Source: Planctomycetota bacterium | Lineage (GTDB): Bacteria > Planctomycetota > GCA-002687715 > DRQF01 | Direction of reading: 5' to 3' | DNA: 44,157 nt | Assembly (NCBI GenBank): GCA_027001995.1 | Contig: JALTLO010000182.1 | Coordinates: 1 to 44,157, forward strand | Shown: piece by piece, positions 19,466-28,748 of the stretch | Layout of the letters: each line of letters opens with the position of its first letter | Numbering within the stretch: the stretch's first letter is position 1 | The notes under the pieces: model-generated | What the model was told of the DNA's origin: nothing | Databases searched by the model: none | The model's input: only the letters and a program-made list of their open reading frames with translations | Program-made: the position numbers and the translations under genes

Positions 19466-19653
19466 GATAGCTCTCCTTTGTGAGCGTCATGTGCTGCGTT
19501 CGTCTTTCATGATAACTGAATAATAATTCAGCGGAACCGAAGCAAAACTCTTGCGTGGTGCATTTACTCAATCGGGGCATCGCTGGTGTCGATGATTAGA
19601 TGGGCCTTAGTGAAGGCTCATAAATCAAAACTCCCCCGGTGTGGCACGACCTT

Positions 19654-20910
19654 ATGACTTCGGAAATGCAGAATCCCAAGATCGTCGACGATACTGCTTT
19701 GGCGGTCTCTCCTGTCTTGGTGGGACGTCAGGCTATTTTTGACCGGAATCTACAGGTCTTCGCCTACGAACTGCTCCATCGATCTGGTCAGGCCCACGAG
19801 GCCTCTTTCGAAGATGGGGATGAAGCCACAGCGATTGTCATGTCGAATGCTTTCGTTGATTTGGGGCTTGATGTTGTCACCGGTGGCAAACCCGCATTCG
19901 TGAATCTGACCACCCAACTCTTGTGTGATGAACTGGCACATCTCTTCTCCCCAGACCGGATCGTTGTTGAAGTTCTGGAAGATGTGAAAGCAAGTGATGA
20001 AGTCGTAGCCCGGGTAAAAACTCTGAAGGATGCCGGATATACTGTGGCATTGGACGATTTTGTCTTTCACGAGCATCTGATTCCTCTCATCGAATTGGCA
20101 GACATCATTAAGATCGATATTTTTGAGTTGGGCTTAGAGAGGGTAGAGGAACAGCTCGAACTCTTGTCTCCCTACTCCCTCAAATTCCTGGCTGAGAAAG
20201 TTGAGACTCACGAAGAATTCCATGCCTGCAAGGATATGGGATTCGATTTTTTTCAAGGCTACTTCCTCTGCCGCCCCCAGATTGTGGAAGCCAGTAAGCA
20301 ACGACAAAGTGGTCTTGGACTACTCCGACTTCTTGCTTGTCTCAATAATCCAAGCACGACCGCCGAGGACCTTGAGAAGGTCATCACCAAGGATGCCAAA
20401 CTATCCTATCGTTTGCTGAGCTACATGAATTCGTCAGCCTTCGCCTTGACCGGACAGGTTGAATCGATTCATCACGCCTTGATTTTATTGGGCAAGAAGA
20501 CCGTTCGTACATGGGCCAATATGGTGGTTTTGTCCAGTACAAAAGGCAAGTCCACAGAAATCCTTACAACGGCTTTGATGCGCGCAAGAATGTGCGAGAC
20601 CATGGCCAAGAATCTGGGGCAGGACTGTAAGGGTGAGTTCTTTACAGTTGGCCTCTTCTCGGTCTTGGATGCCTTGCTCGGAATGACCATGGCTGACATC
20701 ATCAAAAACCTCCCCCTCGCAGACACGATTGTCCATGCTCTTCTCAAACGAGAGGGAGTCATGGGCTCGGTCTTAGACGTGGCGATCGCGTATGAGCGCT
20801 CGCCCCAGACTGATACTTCATCGTCTTTGATGGAAACAGCTGAGATCCGGAAGTGCTACTTTGACGCATTGGCATGGGTCAATCAGGTAATGGCGGGCGG
20901 TGGAGACTAA
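19654..20910 (+). CDS. EAL + HDOD domain protein (YuxH/PdeH-like c-di-GMP phosphodiesterase family)
   Basis: RQAIFD...AYELLHR, FVNL, VVEVLE, ALDDF, KIDI, AEKVET and QGYF motifs; HDOD DAKLSYRLL...RARMCE...GLFSVLDALL. Start could be 19639, 19654 or 19666. Confidence 0.88.
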   Translation: MTSEMQNPKIVDDTALAVSPVLVGRQAIFDRNLQVFAYELLHRSGQAHEASFEDGDEATAIVMSNAFVDLGLDVVTGGKPAFVNLTTQLLCDELAHLFSPDRIVVEVLEDVKASDEVVARVKTLKDAGYTVALDDFVFHEHLIPLIELADIIKIDIFELGLERVEEQLELLSPYSLKFLAEKVETHEEFHACKDMGFDFFQGYFLCRPQIVEASKQRQSGLGLLRLLACLNNPSTTAEDLEKVITKDAKLSYRLLSYMNSSAFALTGQVESIHHALILLGKKTVRTWANMVVLSSTKGKSTEILTTALMRARMCETMAKNLGQDCKGEFFTVGLFSVLDALLGMTMADIIKNLPLADTIVHALLKREGVMGSVLDVAIAYERSPQTDTSSSLMETAEIRKCYFDALAWVNQVMAGGGD

Positions 20911-22819
20911 TGTGGGACCAATCGAAGAACTAAAGCTCGCTGGAACGTTACCGTCGCCCCCTGGGGTTGGCATGGCAATCCTCGAACTGACTCGGACGGA
21001 CGATTTCAGTATCGACGAAGTGGCTCACGTCATTCAGTCGGACCCAGCTCTTACCGGGCGCATTCTGAAGTTGACCAATTCGAGTCGCAATGCCACCGTT
21101 AAACCTGTCACCACCGTTGCTCAAGCAGTGAACCGCATGGGTATGAGTACAGTGCGCAGCGTCGCTCTCGGCTTCTCGCTTATCTCAAGTTACCGGGACG
21201 GAAGTTGCCGCGGATTCGACTTTCCGGGATTCTGGTCAGAGTCCCTGGCCTGTGCCTTAGCGGCCCAACAGGTCTCTCAGCGTTTAGGCCTGGGAGACTC
21301 TTCCGAGGCTTACAGTTGTGGCCTCCTTCACAAGATCGGGAAATTGGGCTTCGCGTGTGCTCACCCATCCTCCTATGGTGACGTGCTTGCGAGTACGGAT
21401 GACGACGGACTTCTCGATGCGGAATGCCAAGCGTTTGATGTGGACCATGGTGCTTTGGGAAAGGCGCTTCTTCTTGACTGGGGGCTCCCAGACAGAATTG
21501 CACAAGTGCTGAGTCTTTCTCGTCCAGGTGTTTCTTTGGCCCATGAAAAGAAACAAACGGTAGCGTTGGTAGAAGTCATGCGGATAGCCGCCCCCATCGC
21601 CAGTGTTTGTTTTGCCGGTGAAGAAAGAGAGGCGCGCCATCGTCGTATTCTCCAAGAGGCCCTCCATAACTCTGGTTTGGAGGAGAAGGACTTTAAGGAA
21701 CTCTGCAAAAGCGTAGCTGTGGCTTGGCGAGAATGGGGTAAAATCCTTGAGTTGGAAACTCACTACGTTCCGCCGTTTGATTTGGCTCCAGGAGCCAGGA
21801 AAAGAACTGAACCTGGACCCCAGGTCCTTGACGCAGAGGAAGAACCTGAATCTGGGCTGAGTATTCTCATTGTCGATGAAGACGTTTTGAGTGTCCGGTT
21901 GTTGTCGAAGGCGATTGCTGACGCCAAGCATGCAGTGATGACCTGCCAGGAAGGTGGAAAAGCCTTAGCAACTGTTCTCAACATGCTTCCGGATATTGTC
22001 GTTTGCAATGCAGAACTTTCGGGGACCAGCGGGATTAAACTTGTATCTCAATTGCGCGCCTGTCCAGAAGGTCGTCAAGTGTATTTCTTGATGCTCAGTT
22101 CAGATGAGTCGGAAGAAGCCGAACTCGATGCTTATCGTCAGGGCGTGGATGGATTCATGAGGAAGCCAGTTCTTCCGGATCTCGTGCGTGCCCATGTGGA
22201 CGCTGGTGCTCGGTTGGTGGCGATGAAGAGAGAAACGCAAACTACCCGCTCAAGGCTCGAATCTCAGGTCGCAGAGATGGCCGTTCTCAATCGTCGACTC
22301 TTGCGAGCATCCCTCACCGACCCTTTGACTGGCCTGCCAAACCGGCGTTCAGCCATGGAAACACTCAAAGCGCGGTGGACTGAATGTTCGACCCTGAAGG
22401 ATCCCGTGATTGCGCTCATTCTGATTGACATCGATCATTTTAAGAAAGTGAACGATGATTACGGGCATGATGTCGGTGATGAAGTTTTGAAACAGACCGC
22501 CCAGATTTTCTCGGATCAGGTGAGGAATGATGAGCTTGTCGCCCGAATCGGCGGCGAAGAATTTCTTGTCGTTTGTTCAGTCAAATCGTCAACGGAGGCC
22601 CTATCATGCGCTGAACGTTTGCGAGTTGCAGTGGAAGCGAACCATATCTCCTTCGGTGGTTTGGATCGAGCCATCACTGTGAGTTTAGGAATCGCAACAG
22701 GGAATCCGAATGAATTGGGGCATGAGGCTCTGTTGAAGGCAGCAGACGAGGCGCTCTACAAGGCGAAAGACTCCGGGCGAAACCAAGTCTATGTCATGGA
22801 CCCTCAGGGCGTGCTATAA
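20900..22819 (+). CDS. HDOD-REC-GGDEF diguanylate cyclase
   Basis: HDOD LPSPP...DPALTGRILKLTNS...GLLHKIG; receiver-like ILIVDED...FMRKP; TDPLTGLPNRR, DIDHFKKVNDDYGHDVGD and RIGGEEF. Confidence 0.92.
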   Translation: METNVGPIEELKLAGTLPSPPGVGMAILELTRTDDFSIDEVAHVIQSDPALTGRILKLTNSSRNATVKPVTTVAQAVNRMGMSTVRSVALGFSLISSYRDGSCRGFDFPGFWSESLACALAAQQVSQRLGLGDSSEAYSCGLLHKIGKLGFACAHPSSYGDVLASTDDDGLLDAECQAFDVDHGALGKALLLDWGLPDRIAQVLSLSRPGVSLAHEKKQTVALVEVMRIAAPIASVCFAGEEREARHRRILQEALHNSGLEEKDFKELCKSVAVAWREWGKILELETHYVPPFDLAPGARKRTEPGPQVLDAEEEPESGLSILIVDEDVLSVRLLSKAIADAKHAVMTCQEGGKALATVLNMLPDIVVCNAELSGTSGIKLVSQLRACPEGRQVYFLMLSSDESEEAELDAYRQGVDGFMRKPVLPDLVRAHVDAGARLVAMKRETQTTRSRLESQVAEMAVLNRRLLRASLTDPLTGLPNRRSAMETLKARWTECSTLKDPVIALILIDIDHFKKVNDDYGHDVGDEVLKQTAQIFSDQVRNDELVARIGGEEFLVVCSVKSSTEALSCAERLRVAVEANHISFGGLDRAITVSLGIATGNPNELGHEALLKAADEALYKAKDSGRNQVYVMDPQGVL

Positions 22820-22826
22820 GCCCTTC

Positions 22827-23618
22827 ATGGTCGACCATAGTAAAGATAAATTGGCTGGCACCAGGCTCTTGGTGCAAATAGGCAAGCAAAGCGTCAAGGG
22901 CCGTCTTGACTTGGAGCAGGCCTTCTCTCAGAATCTCGGATCTAAGAACTTCTTTCATCGAACCTTGGATGGCTCTTCGCCCCCTATCACAAGCGGGGAT
23001 AACTCGGTGACTGCTTTTTTGCTGAGTGAGAGTCCCTCTGTGGCGGGGGAAAGTGATGTCTTGGTGTTTGAATCGGCCTTGAAGCGCTGGGGAGATCGGG
23101 TTGATGCCGGAGCCCTGGCTCTTTTGGCCACAATCCTTCACAAAGCTAAGCATGTCCATGACCATCGTCTGTTTTTTCACTATTGGCTATCCGAAAACAT
23201 GCGTTCTTGGCTTGGGCCACGAGGCTTCGACTTGCCTGCATCTGTGGGGGATCTGGAGGCTTTGCGGCAGAGAATTCAGAACATGCTGACCATGGGAATC
23301 AACTTGCGTGGTCGGTCTTCGGCAGAATTCCTGGCGGCTCAGTTTGAAGTTATGAGTGGGACGGCTGGACATCAAGTCGGAGCTGGGTATGTCCTTGATT
23401 CGATTGTCGCAGCATCGAGTTTTGCCGGTGCTGGTCTCTTGGAAACGGTCGACGTACTATCTATGTCGCCTCACAATCGTGCTGACCTGTGTGATTGTTT
23501 TGGACTGCTGGCAGGAACATTCTACGGCAGGAGTCGTCTTGTGGAACTAGAGACTTTTGGCGAACAGCTAACCGAGTTTTTCCGAATCGAAGTAGAGGAA
23601 AAGGGAGACCAAAGGTGA
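22827..23618 (+). CDS. Hypothetical protein, possibly a degenerate ADP-ribosylglycohydrolase fold
   Basis: ORF lies between coupled genes. C-terminal GYVLDSIVAA...GLLAGTFYG resembles the ARH/DraG C-terminus but lacks DTDT. Confidence 0.55.
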   Translation: MVDHSKDKLAGTRLLVQIGKQSVKGRLDLEQAFSQNLGSKNFFHRTLDGSSPPITSGDNSVTAFLLSESPSVAGESDVLVFESALKRWGDRVDAGALALLATILHKAKHVHDHRLFFHYWLSENMRSWLGPRGFDLPASVGDLEALRQRIQNMLTMGINLRGRSSAEFLAAQFEVMSGTAGHQVGAGYVLDSIVAASSFAGAGLLETVDVLSMSPHNRADLCDCFGLLAGTFYGRSRLVELETFGEQLTEFFRIEVEEKGDQR

Positions 23619-24391
23619 TCACATTGAAGCAATATCTGGACCGGCTGGAGTTCTCAGCAGCCCCTTCAATCGATGCATCAGGTTTGTCCAAGTTGCAAGA
23701 GCGCCACCTCATCACAGTTCCTTTCGAAAACTTGGATATTTGCTACCAAAGGCCCATTGCACTTGATGAAGAACAAATCTTGGAGAAAATTGTCGAGCGA
23801 CGTCGGGGAGGATTTTGTTTTGAACTCAATACTGCATTTGCTTGGCTACTGAGAGAATTAGGCTTCTCAGTGACACTCCTGGAGGCTCGTGTTATCGGGG
23901 AGAGTGGTGACTTGGGAATACCCTATGACCATCTTGTCCTCAAAGTGGATTTGGATGAGTCCTATCTTGTTGATGTGGGTTATGGTCGTGGCTTCTTGAA
24001 TCCGCTGCCGTTGCAGGAAAGAGATGACATCAAGCAGCGGGGAGTCTTGTGGCGCCTTAAAGAGCAAGATGAGTCGCACTTGTGTCTGGAACGTTTAGAA
24101 GCGGGTTCTTTGGAGTTTCAAGAGGTCTATCAGTTTAGTTTGAATGGTTGCGACATCAGGGATTTTTCTGAGGCTTGTCAATACCATCAGACATCAAAAG
24201 ACTCAGTGTTCACTCAAGGGATCTTGTGTTCTATTGCTGCTCCTGATGGCCGAATCACCATTCGAGACCGTACCCTTCTAATCACACGGCATGGGCGTAA
24301 AGAAGAGATTGCGATCAAGGACAAAGACGATTTGGAACGGCAAATGAAACGTTACTTCCGTATTTCAATCGCGGCTCTTCAGGATAAATAG
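23615..24391 (+). CDS. Arylamine N-acetyltransferase
   Basis: PFENL, RRGGFCFELN (catalytic Cys), DHLVL (His) and LVDVG (Asp). GTGA overlap with the upstream stop, preceded by GGGAG. Confidence 0.93.
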   Translation: MITLKQYLDRLEFSAAPSIDASGLSKLQERHLITVPFENLDICYQRPIALDEEQILEKIVERRRGGFCFELNTAFAWLLRELGFSVTLLEARVIGESGDLGIPYDHLVLKVDLDESYLVDVGYGRGFLNPLPLQERDDIKQRGVLWRLKEQDESHLCLERLEAGSLEFQEVYQFSLNGCDIRDFSEACQYHQTSKDSVFTQGILCSIAAPDGRITIRDRTLLITRHGRKEEIAIKDKDDLERQMKRYFRISIAALQDK

Positions 24392-24970
24392 AGACAGGGT
24401 GCCGTTATTTTCACGGGTGTACTCTACCCGACCTTTGGTTTTCCATTGAGGATCCAACTCCTCGGAATCTGAGGCTGCGTCCATGTCCAAGTGTCGGTCT
24501 AACCGTTGAGCAACTTCTTCTGGGATCCTCGTGAAGACCAAGTATTGACCTTCTTCATGGGCCAAAGTACCTCCGGCCAACTCAAATCCCAGAGCTGGGT
24601 GAGTCGACAGGTTGTTGTGAAGTTCAACTGTTCCAGCATAGGGATTGTCGGCTTGGGTGATGGGAACTTGGATATAGGGACCATCCCAACCCTTGTAGAG
24701 CTGCTTTGCTGAAAGTTGGTGATACCTCTTGAGAGCATAGCGATCTGACTCTGAGGCGCTGGCAAATTCTGTCGCCATCCGCCCCGTATCTTTGTAATGC
24801 TTGGTGCAGGCTCTGCTTGTTCTTTCGAAGACGCGCAATACTTGTAAAGACTTGCCATCTTCGACGATCTCATCCATCGTTGGCGTCGCAACAACAGCGA
24901 CGATAATGAAGATACTGCTGGCAATGACGCCTTGGACGAAAGCTTGTTTGAATCCGGTTATGCGACCCAT
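24365..24970 (-). CDS. GspG-like pseudopilin/pilin paralogue 2
   Basis: N-terminal hydrophobic helix ending VATP, WDGPYI...DNPYAG motif, and similarity along its length to 24978-25574. Confidence 0.65.
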   Translation of the reverse strand: MGRITGFKQAFVQGVIASSIFIIVAVVATPTMDEIVEDGKSLQVLRVFERTSRACTKHYKDTGRMATEFASASESDRYALKRYHQLSAKQLYKGWDGPYIQVPITQADNPYAGTVELHNNLSTHPALGFELAGGTLAHEEGQYLVFTRIPEEVAQRLDRHLDMDAASDSEELDPQWKTKGRVEYTRENNGTLSLFILKSRD

Positions 24971-24977
24971 GCTGTTC

Positions 24978-25574
24978 TCATTTCTTGGGGTTGTCCAATA
25001 GGCAAATGGAAAGGGAACCTCCGCCTCCGGGGGCCCATTCGACTCGACCGACACGATGCCAGTTGCGGTTTGACTTTGTTTTCTTGTCTAAGATGTTGTC
25101 CACATGCTCAGCTACTCTTTTGGGGATGCCATGGAAGACGACAAATTGCCCATCACCTTGAGATTCCGTTCCCGTTAAACCGTGGAGGGAAAAGCCATGG
25201 GCCGGAGAAGCAGATAGGCTGTTTTGGACATAGATGGCAGTTCCGAACGGGTTGTGGTCTCTGGCAAGAGGTGTGCTGAGATAGGGGCCACGCCATCCTT
25301 GAATTGACTGGGGCATCGATAGCTCATGAAACTTCGGGTGAGAATACGATTGCCCATCTTGAGAAGAAGTGAATTCGATAGCACCTCTGCCGACATCTTT
25401 ACGAAACTGAAGGCTTGCTTCACTGAGCTGCTCAGCCAAATCGATGATTTTCTCAGCGTGCTGCTGGTCATTGAACTTGCCCACAGAAGGCACAGCCACA
25501 ACAATGAAAATGGCAGCAAGCGCCATCGTGATAAACACTTCGGTGAGTCTTGAGCCTCTTTTTCGTGGGGCCAT
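24978..25574 (-). CDS. GspG-like pseudopilin/pilin paralogue 1
   Basis: Basic leader MAPRKRG, then SRLTE (Glu at +5) and a hydrophobic helix to VAVP; WRGPYL...NPFG motif. GGAGG upstream. Confidence 0.7.
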   Translation of the reverse strand: MAPRKRGSRLTEVFITMALAAIFIVVAVPSVGKFNDQQHAEKIIDLAEQLSEASLQFRKDVGRGAIEFTSSQDGQSYSHPKFHELSMPQSIQGWRGPYLSTPLARDHNPFGTAIYVQNSLSASPAHGFSLHGLTGTESQGDGQFVVFHGIPKRVAEHVDNILDKKTKSNRNWHRVGRVEWAPGGGGSLSICLLDNPKK

Positions 25575-25877
25575 GTGTACCGTATCCTCCCGTTAACCCG
25601 AACCATTCACAAGAACTGCCAACTCTGGCTACGCTGTGTCCTAAAAAGAAGTCCCAACAACGACTGTTCTGCATCTTCTTTGCGGAGCAATTCCTCACAC
25701 AACGAGCACGATCTCATGAATAAGTCAGGTAAGCCGACCTGAAATCTCCTTTATAGGATCGGCATTTCGCGGGTATTTTCTTGATGATTCAACTGGCATT
25801 ATTCATGACTTTGCCGCTAAACGTTTTTTACATCGGGGAAGACGCCTTGCTGAGCGAAAGCAGGAGAATCATGTCGT

Positions 25878-28748
25878 TTAGAATTTTCGGGTCAGGCGAA
25901 AACCAAGATGGTCACGATGCAGAAGATAGGACAATCGTTCTCGTGGCCAAGCCGCGAAGTAGAATGGGCTTGTGTTCATCAGCATGCCCCCAGCGATGGG
26001 CATGCGACGATCAGAAGAACCATCGATTTTGCACCATTCTCCGGCGTTTCCGGCCATGTCCAAACATCCATAGGGACTCTTGTCGATGGGATAGCTTCCA
26101 GGAAGAAGGGTTGTGGAGCCAGGGCCTAGAGGTTGGGCCAAGGATCGGCGGCCTGCGGTATAGGACCAATCGAAACCATTTCCCCAAGGAAACAAGCGCC
26201 CGTCGACTCCACGAGCGGCCTTCTCCCATTGTCTGGGTGTGGGCAAAGAAACTTGCTCTCCCGTGTTGGCAGTGACGAACTTTGCATAAAAATTCGCTGT
26301 GTAACCAATGATGCCGCAGACAGCGGCTCGCATCAGTTGCTCTCGACTTCTTCCTGCGGGTTCTAAAATCCGCAGCTCGCCGTCCGGGTCTCTCTCAAAG
26401 CGAGATTTGATTTGACCCTCATCGAAGAATAGGGGACCAAAGAAATGCCGATCTTCAGGTTTAATTCCCGCAGCCGGCGATTGGGTTTCCAAGAAGAACG
26501 GGAGAAACTCGCCAAAAGTGGTCTCCCGTTTTCTGATCAAGAATGCCTCTTCCCATGCCCAGGATGTTGGTGCGTCCAATTCCTTACAGAAAGGAGGCCA
26601 AGTGGCCAAGAACGGTCCGTTGGCAACGAATGCCCAAGCGTCGCAGTCGAAGGAGTCTTTTGCAGGCAATTCGACATCCCATTTCTTGTCTTTGAAACGA
26701 TCTTGGTGCCAACTCGGATCCCCCCAGTGTTGATTCCTTTCGGAAAGAACTGGATAAATGATGGTCTGGCAGTCTTGGTGTCGGATGATGAGCTGCCATG
26801 ATCCTAAGCCTAAGGGTTGACGCGTGATCGGGGTGGTCCCCAAATCGAAGTTTTCCGCCGACAGTTTGAGTCGTCCATCACCACTGGCAACCCATCGACA
26901 GGCTGTAACCCGGGCCCCAACTGGTTGGGTACGCAAAGAGATGAGCCCGGTGGACGGACTTGGTTCTGCATGGCCACTGGCTCGGAGTCGATTGGCAATG
27001 GAAGCGCACACACTTCTATCTTGATTGTCCTCAGCGATGGTGAACCAAGATCGTAAAGCACTCTGGCGGGCGTCTTCTGCTTCTTCGTTGGGGATCGATT
27101 TCAGGGCATCGTCGAATTTCTCGACCGCTCTTTGAAGATTCCCAGCTTGTTTCTGTTGCGCGTCCTTGATTTTTGCGCCCAGGTTGCGAATCTTGCGCCC
27201 AGTCTTCATGTCTGCTTTGCCCAAGAATGCTCTCTCGCGTTCTTGTCGAAATCTATTGACCTTCTCACCCCAGTCGTTTGCTTCCTTGAGCAAACTCATG
27301 GCGATGGTACGGAGGTTCTTGGCTGACTCTTCCTCTAACCTCTGGGCCGCTATTTTCCGTTGAGCAACAAAAGCCCCGAAGAATCCCAAGACGATCAATA
27401 GGACCAGGGAAATCGCTGCCTGAAGCCGGTTGCGCTTTGCCCAACGGTGAACTCTTCCCAGGGGGCCAATCGGTTCGGCAAGGATACTTTGGTGGGCGCG
27501 AATTCTCCCCAGGTCTTCCGCTAATGCTTGGCAGTTGGCGAAACGGCGGTGGGGATCTTTTTCCAAACACTTGAGGGTAACAACCTCCAAGTCTTGACTC
27601 AGCTCCGGGTTTAGCTTTCGCGGAGGAACAGCTTCCCTCGAGATAATTTTCGTCATCAAAGATTCGAATCTCTTCGACTGAAATGGCAATTGCCCCGTCA
27701 GGCCTTGATAGAGGATGACACCTAATGAGTAGAGGTCGCTGCGGTGATCGATCTCCCCGTGGTTGGCGGTGATTTGTTCCGGTGACATGAAGGGGACGGT
27801 GCCCAAGATGTTACCGGTCTTGGTGATCGTTTGCTCGGATTCTTGCTTGGCTAAGCCAAAGTCCAAGATGATCGGGTTGTTTTCATCGTCGACAACGATA
27901 TTGCCAGGTTTGATGTCGCGATGGAGGATGCCGTTGCCATGGGCGAAATGGAGGGCGATTGCACAGCGCTCAACAATATAAAGGAATTGCCCCAGGGTCC
28001 TTTCTGGGTGTTCATGGTTCTTGTTTCCTTCGGCTTTCGTGATACCAGATTCTTCCGATTGCCAGAGACCTTCGTCGGTCCAAAACTCCTTGAGCCACAA
28101 ACCGAGGCTCTTGCCTCGAACGAATTGCATGACGAAGTAGTGAAGACCATCTTGCTCGCCAGTGGCATAGATGGGAATGATGCCCGGATGTTGCAGACGA
28201 GAAATGGCCCCCTGTTCTCGGCGAAAACGCTCGAGATATTCCGGATTCTGACTGAATTCCGCTGGCAGCACTTTGATGGCAACTAGGCGGGCCATGGAGT
28301 CATCCATTCCCAGGTAAACCACCCCCATGCCTCCCCGGCCGAGTTCCTTTATGATGCGGTAGGTTCCCAGAAAACGCGGAGCACTCGCCGGTAGGTCTAC
28401 CCGTGGAACGTCAAGGGCCCTACTGCCCACGTCCGGAATGTTGCCCTTAGGTTGTGTGGCATGGGATCTTTGAGCAATTTGGGTTTGATCCGGGTCAAGA
28501 TTTTGGGGCATACTCGGTCGATGGGCAAGGACAGTGCGATCATCGTCGAACTCTCCGGGATTGACCTGAAGCTCGCGTATTCTCAACGATTGGTTGGGAT
28601 ACTTGATGAGGTAACGGTCGACGATTCTGCTTTTCTTGTCTTCGGGGACTGCCTCCAAATCTCGTTGAAGTCGACGGAGGATTTCTTCAGGTGTGGGTTG
28701 TCGATTCCTCTGGGCCCGGAAACGTCCCATGCTCTTTTCTTCGTTCAT
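25878..28748 (-). CDS. Ser/Thr protein kinase-TM-PEGA-like-FGE-sulfatase domain protein (copy 3)
   Basis: LGRGGMG, VAIK, HRDIKPGN, DFGLAK and SPEQ; TM; LPTPRQWEKAARGVDGRLFPWG, SPYGCLDMAGNAGEW and GFRL. ATGA overlap gives start 28748. Confidence 0.92.
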   Translation of the reverse strand: MNEEKSMGRFRAQRNRQPTPEEILRRLQRDLEAVPEDKKSRIVDRYLIKYPNQSLRIRELQVNPGEFDDDRTVLAHRPSMPQNLDPDQTQIAQRSHATQPKGNIPDVGSRALDVPRVDLPASAPRFLGTYRIIKELGRGGMGVVYLGMDDSMARLVAIKVLPAEFSQNPEYLERFRREQGAISRLQHPGIIPIYATGEQDGLHYFVMQFVRGKSLGLWLKEFWTDEGLWQSEESGITKAEGNKNHEHPERTLGQFLYIVERCAIALHFAHGNGILHRDIKPGNIVVDDENNPIILDFGLAKQESEQTITKTGNILGTVPFMSPEQITANHGEIDHRSDLYSLGVILYQGLTGQLPFQSKRFESLMTKIISREAVPPRKLNPELSQDLEVVTLKCLEKDPHRRFANCQALAEDLGRIRAHQSILAEPIGPLGRVHRWAKRNRLQAAISLVLLIVLGFFGAFVAQRKIAAQRLEEESAKNLRTIAMSLLKEANDWGEKVNRFRQERERAFLGKADMKTGRKIRNLGAKIKDAQQKQAGNLQRAVEKFDDALKSIPNEEAEDARQSALRSWFTIAEDNQDRSVCASIANRLRASGHAEPSPSTGLISLRTQPVGARVTACRWVASGDGRLKLSAENFDLGTTPITRQPLGLGSWQLIIRHQDCQTIIYPVLSERNQHWGDPSWHQDRFKDKKWDVELPAKDSFDCDAWAFVANGPFLATWPPFCKELDAPTSWAWEEAFLIRKRETTFGEFLPFFLETQSPAAGIKPEDRHFFGPLFFDEGQIKSRFERDPDGELRILEPAGRSREQLMRAAVCGIIGYTANFYAKFVTANTGEQVSLPTPRQWEKAARGVDGRLFPWGNGFDWSYTAGRRSLAQPLGPGSTTLLPGSYPIDKSPYGCLDMAGNAGEWCKIDGSSDRRMPIAGGMLMNTSPFYFAAWPRERLSYLLHRDHLGFRLTRKF

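Noticed and set aside
19641..19657. Sigma-54 promoter (TGGCACG)
   Set aside because: The -12 element reads TATG rather than TTGC, and the site overlaps the likely start codon.
25575..25720. c-di-GMP riboswitch upstream of the pilin-like genes
   Set aside because: A stem (AAAGAAG/CTTCTTT) exists on the minus strand, but I could not match the GEMM consensus. An Rfam scan would settle it.
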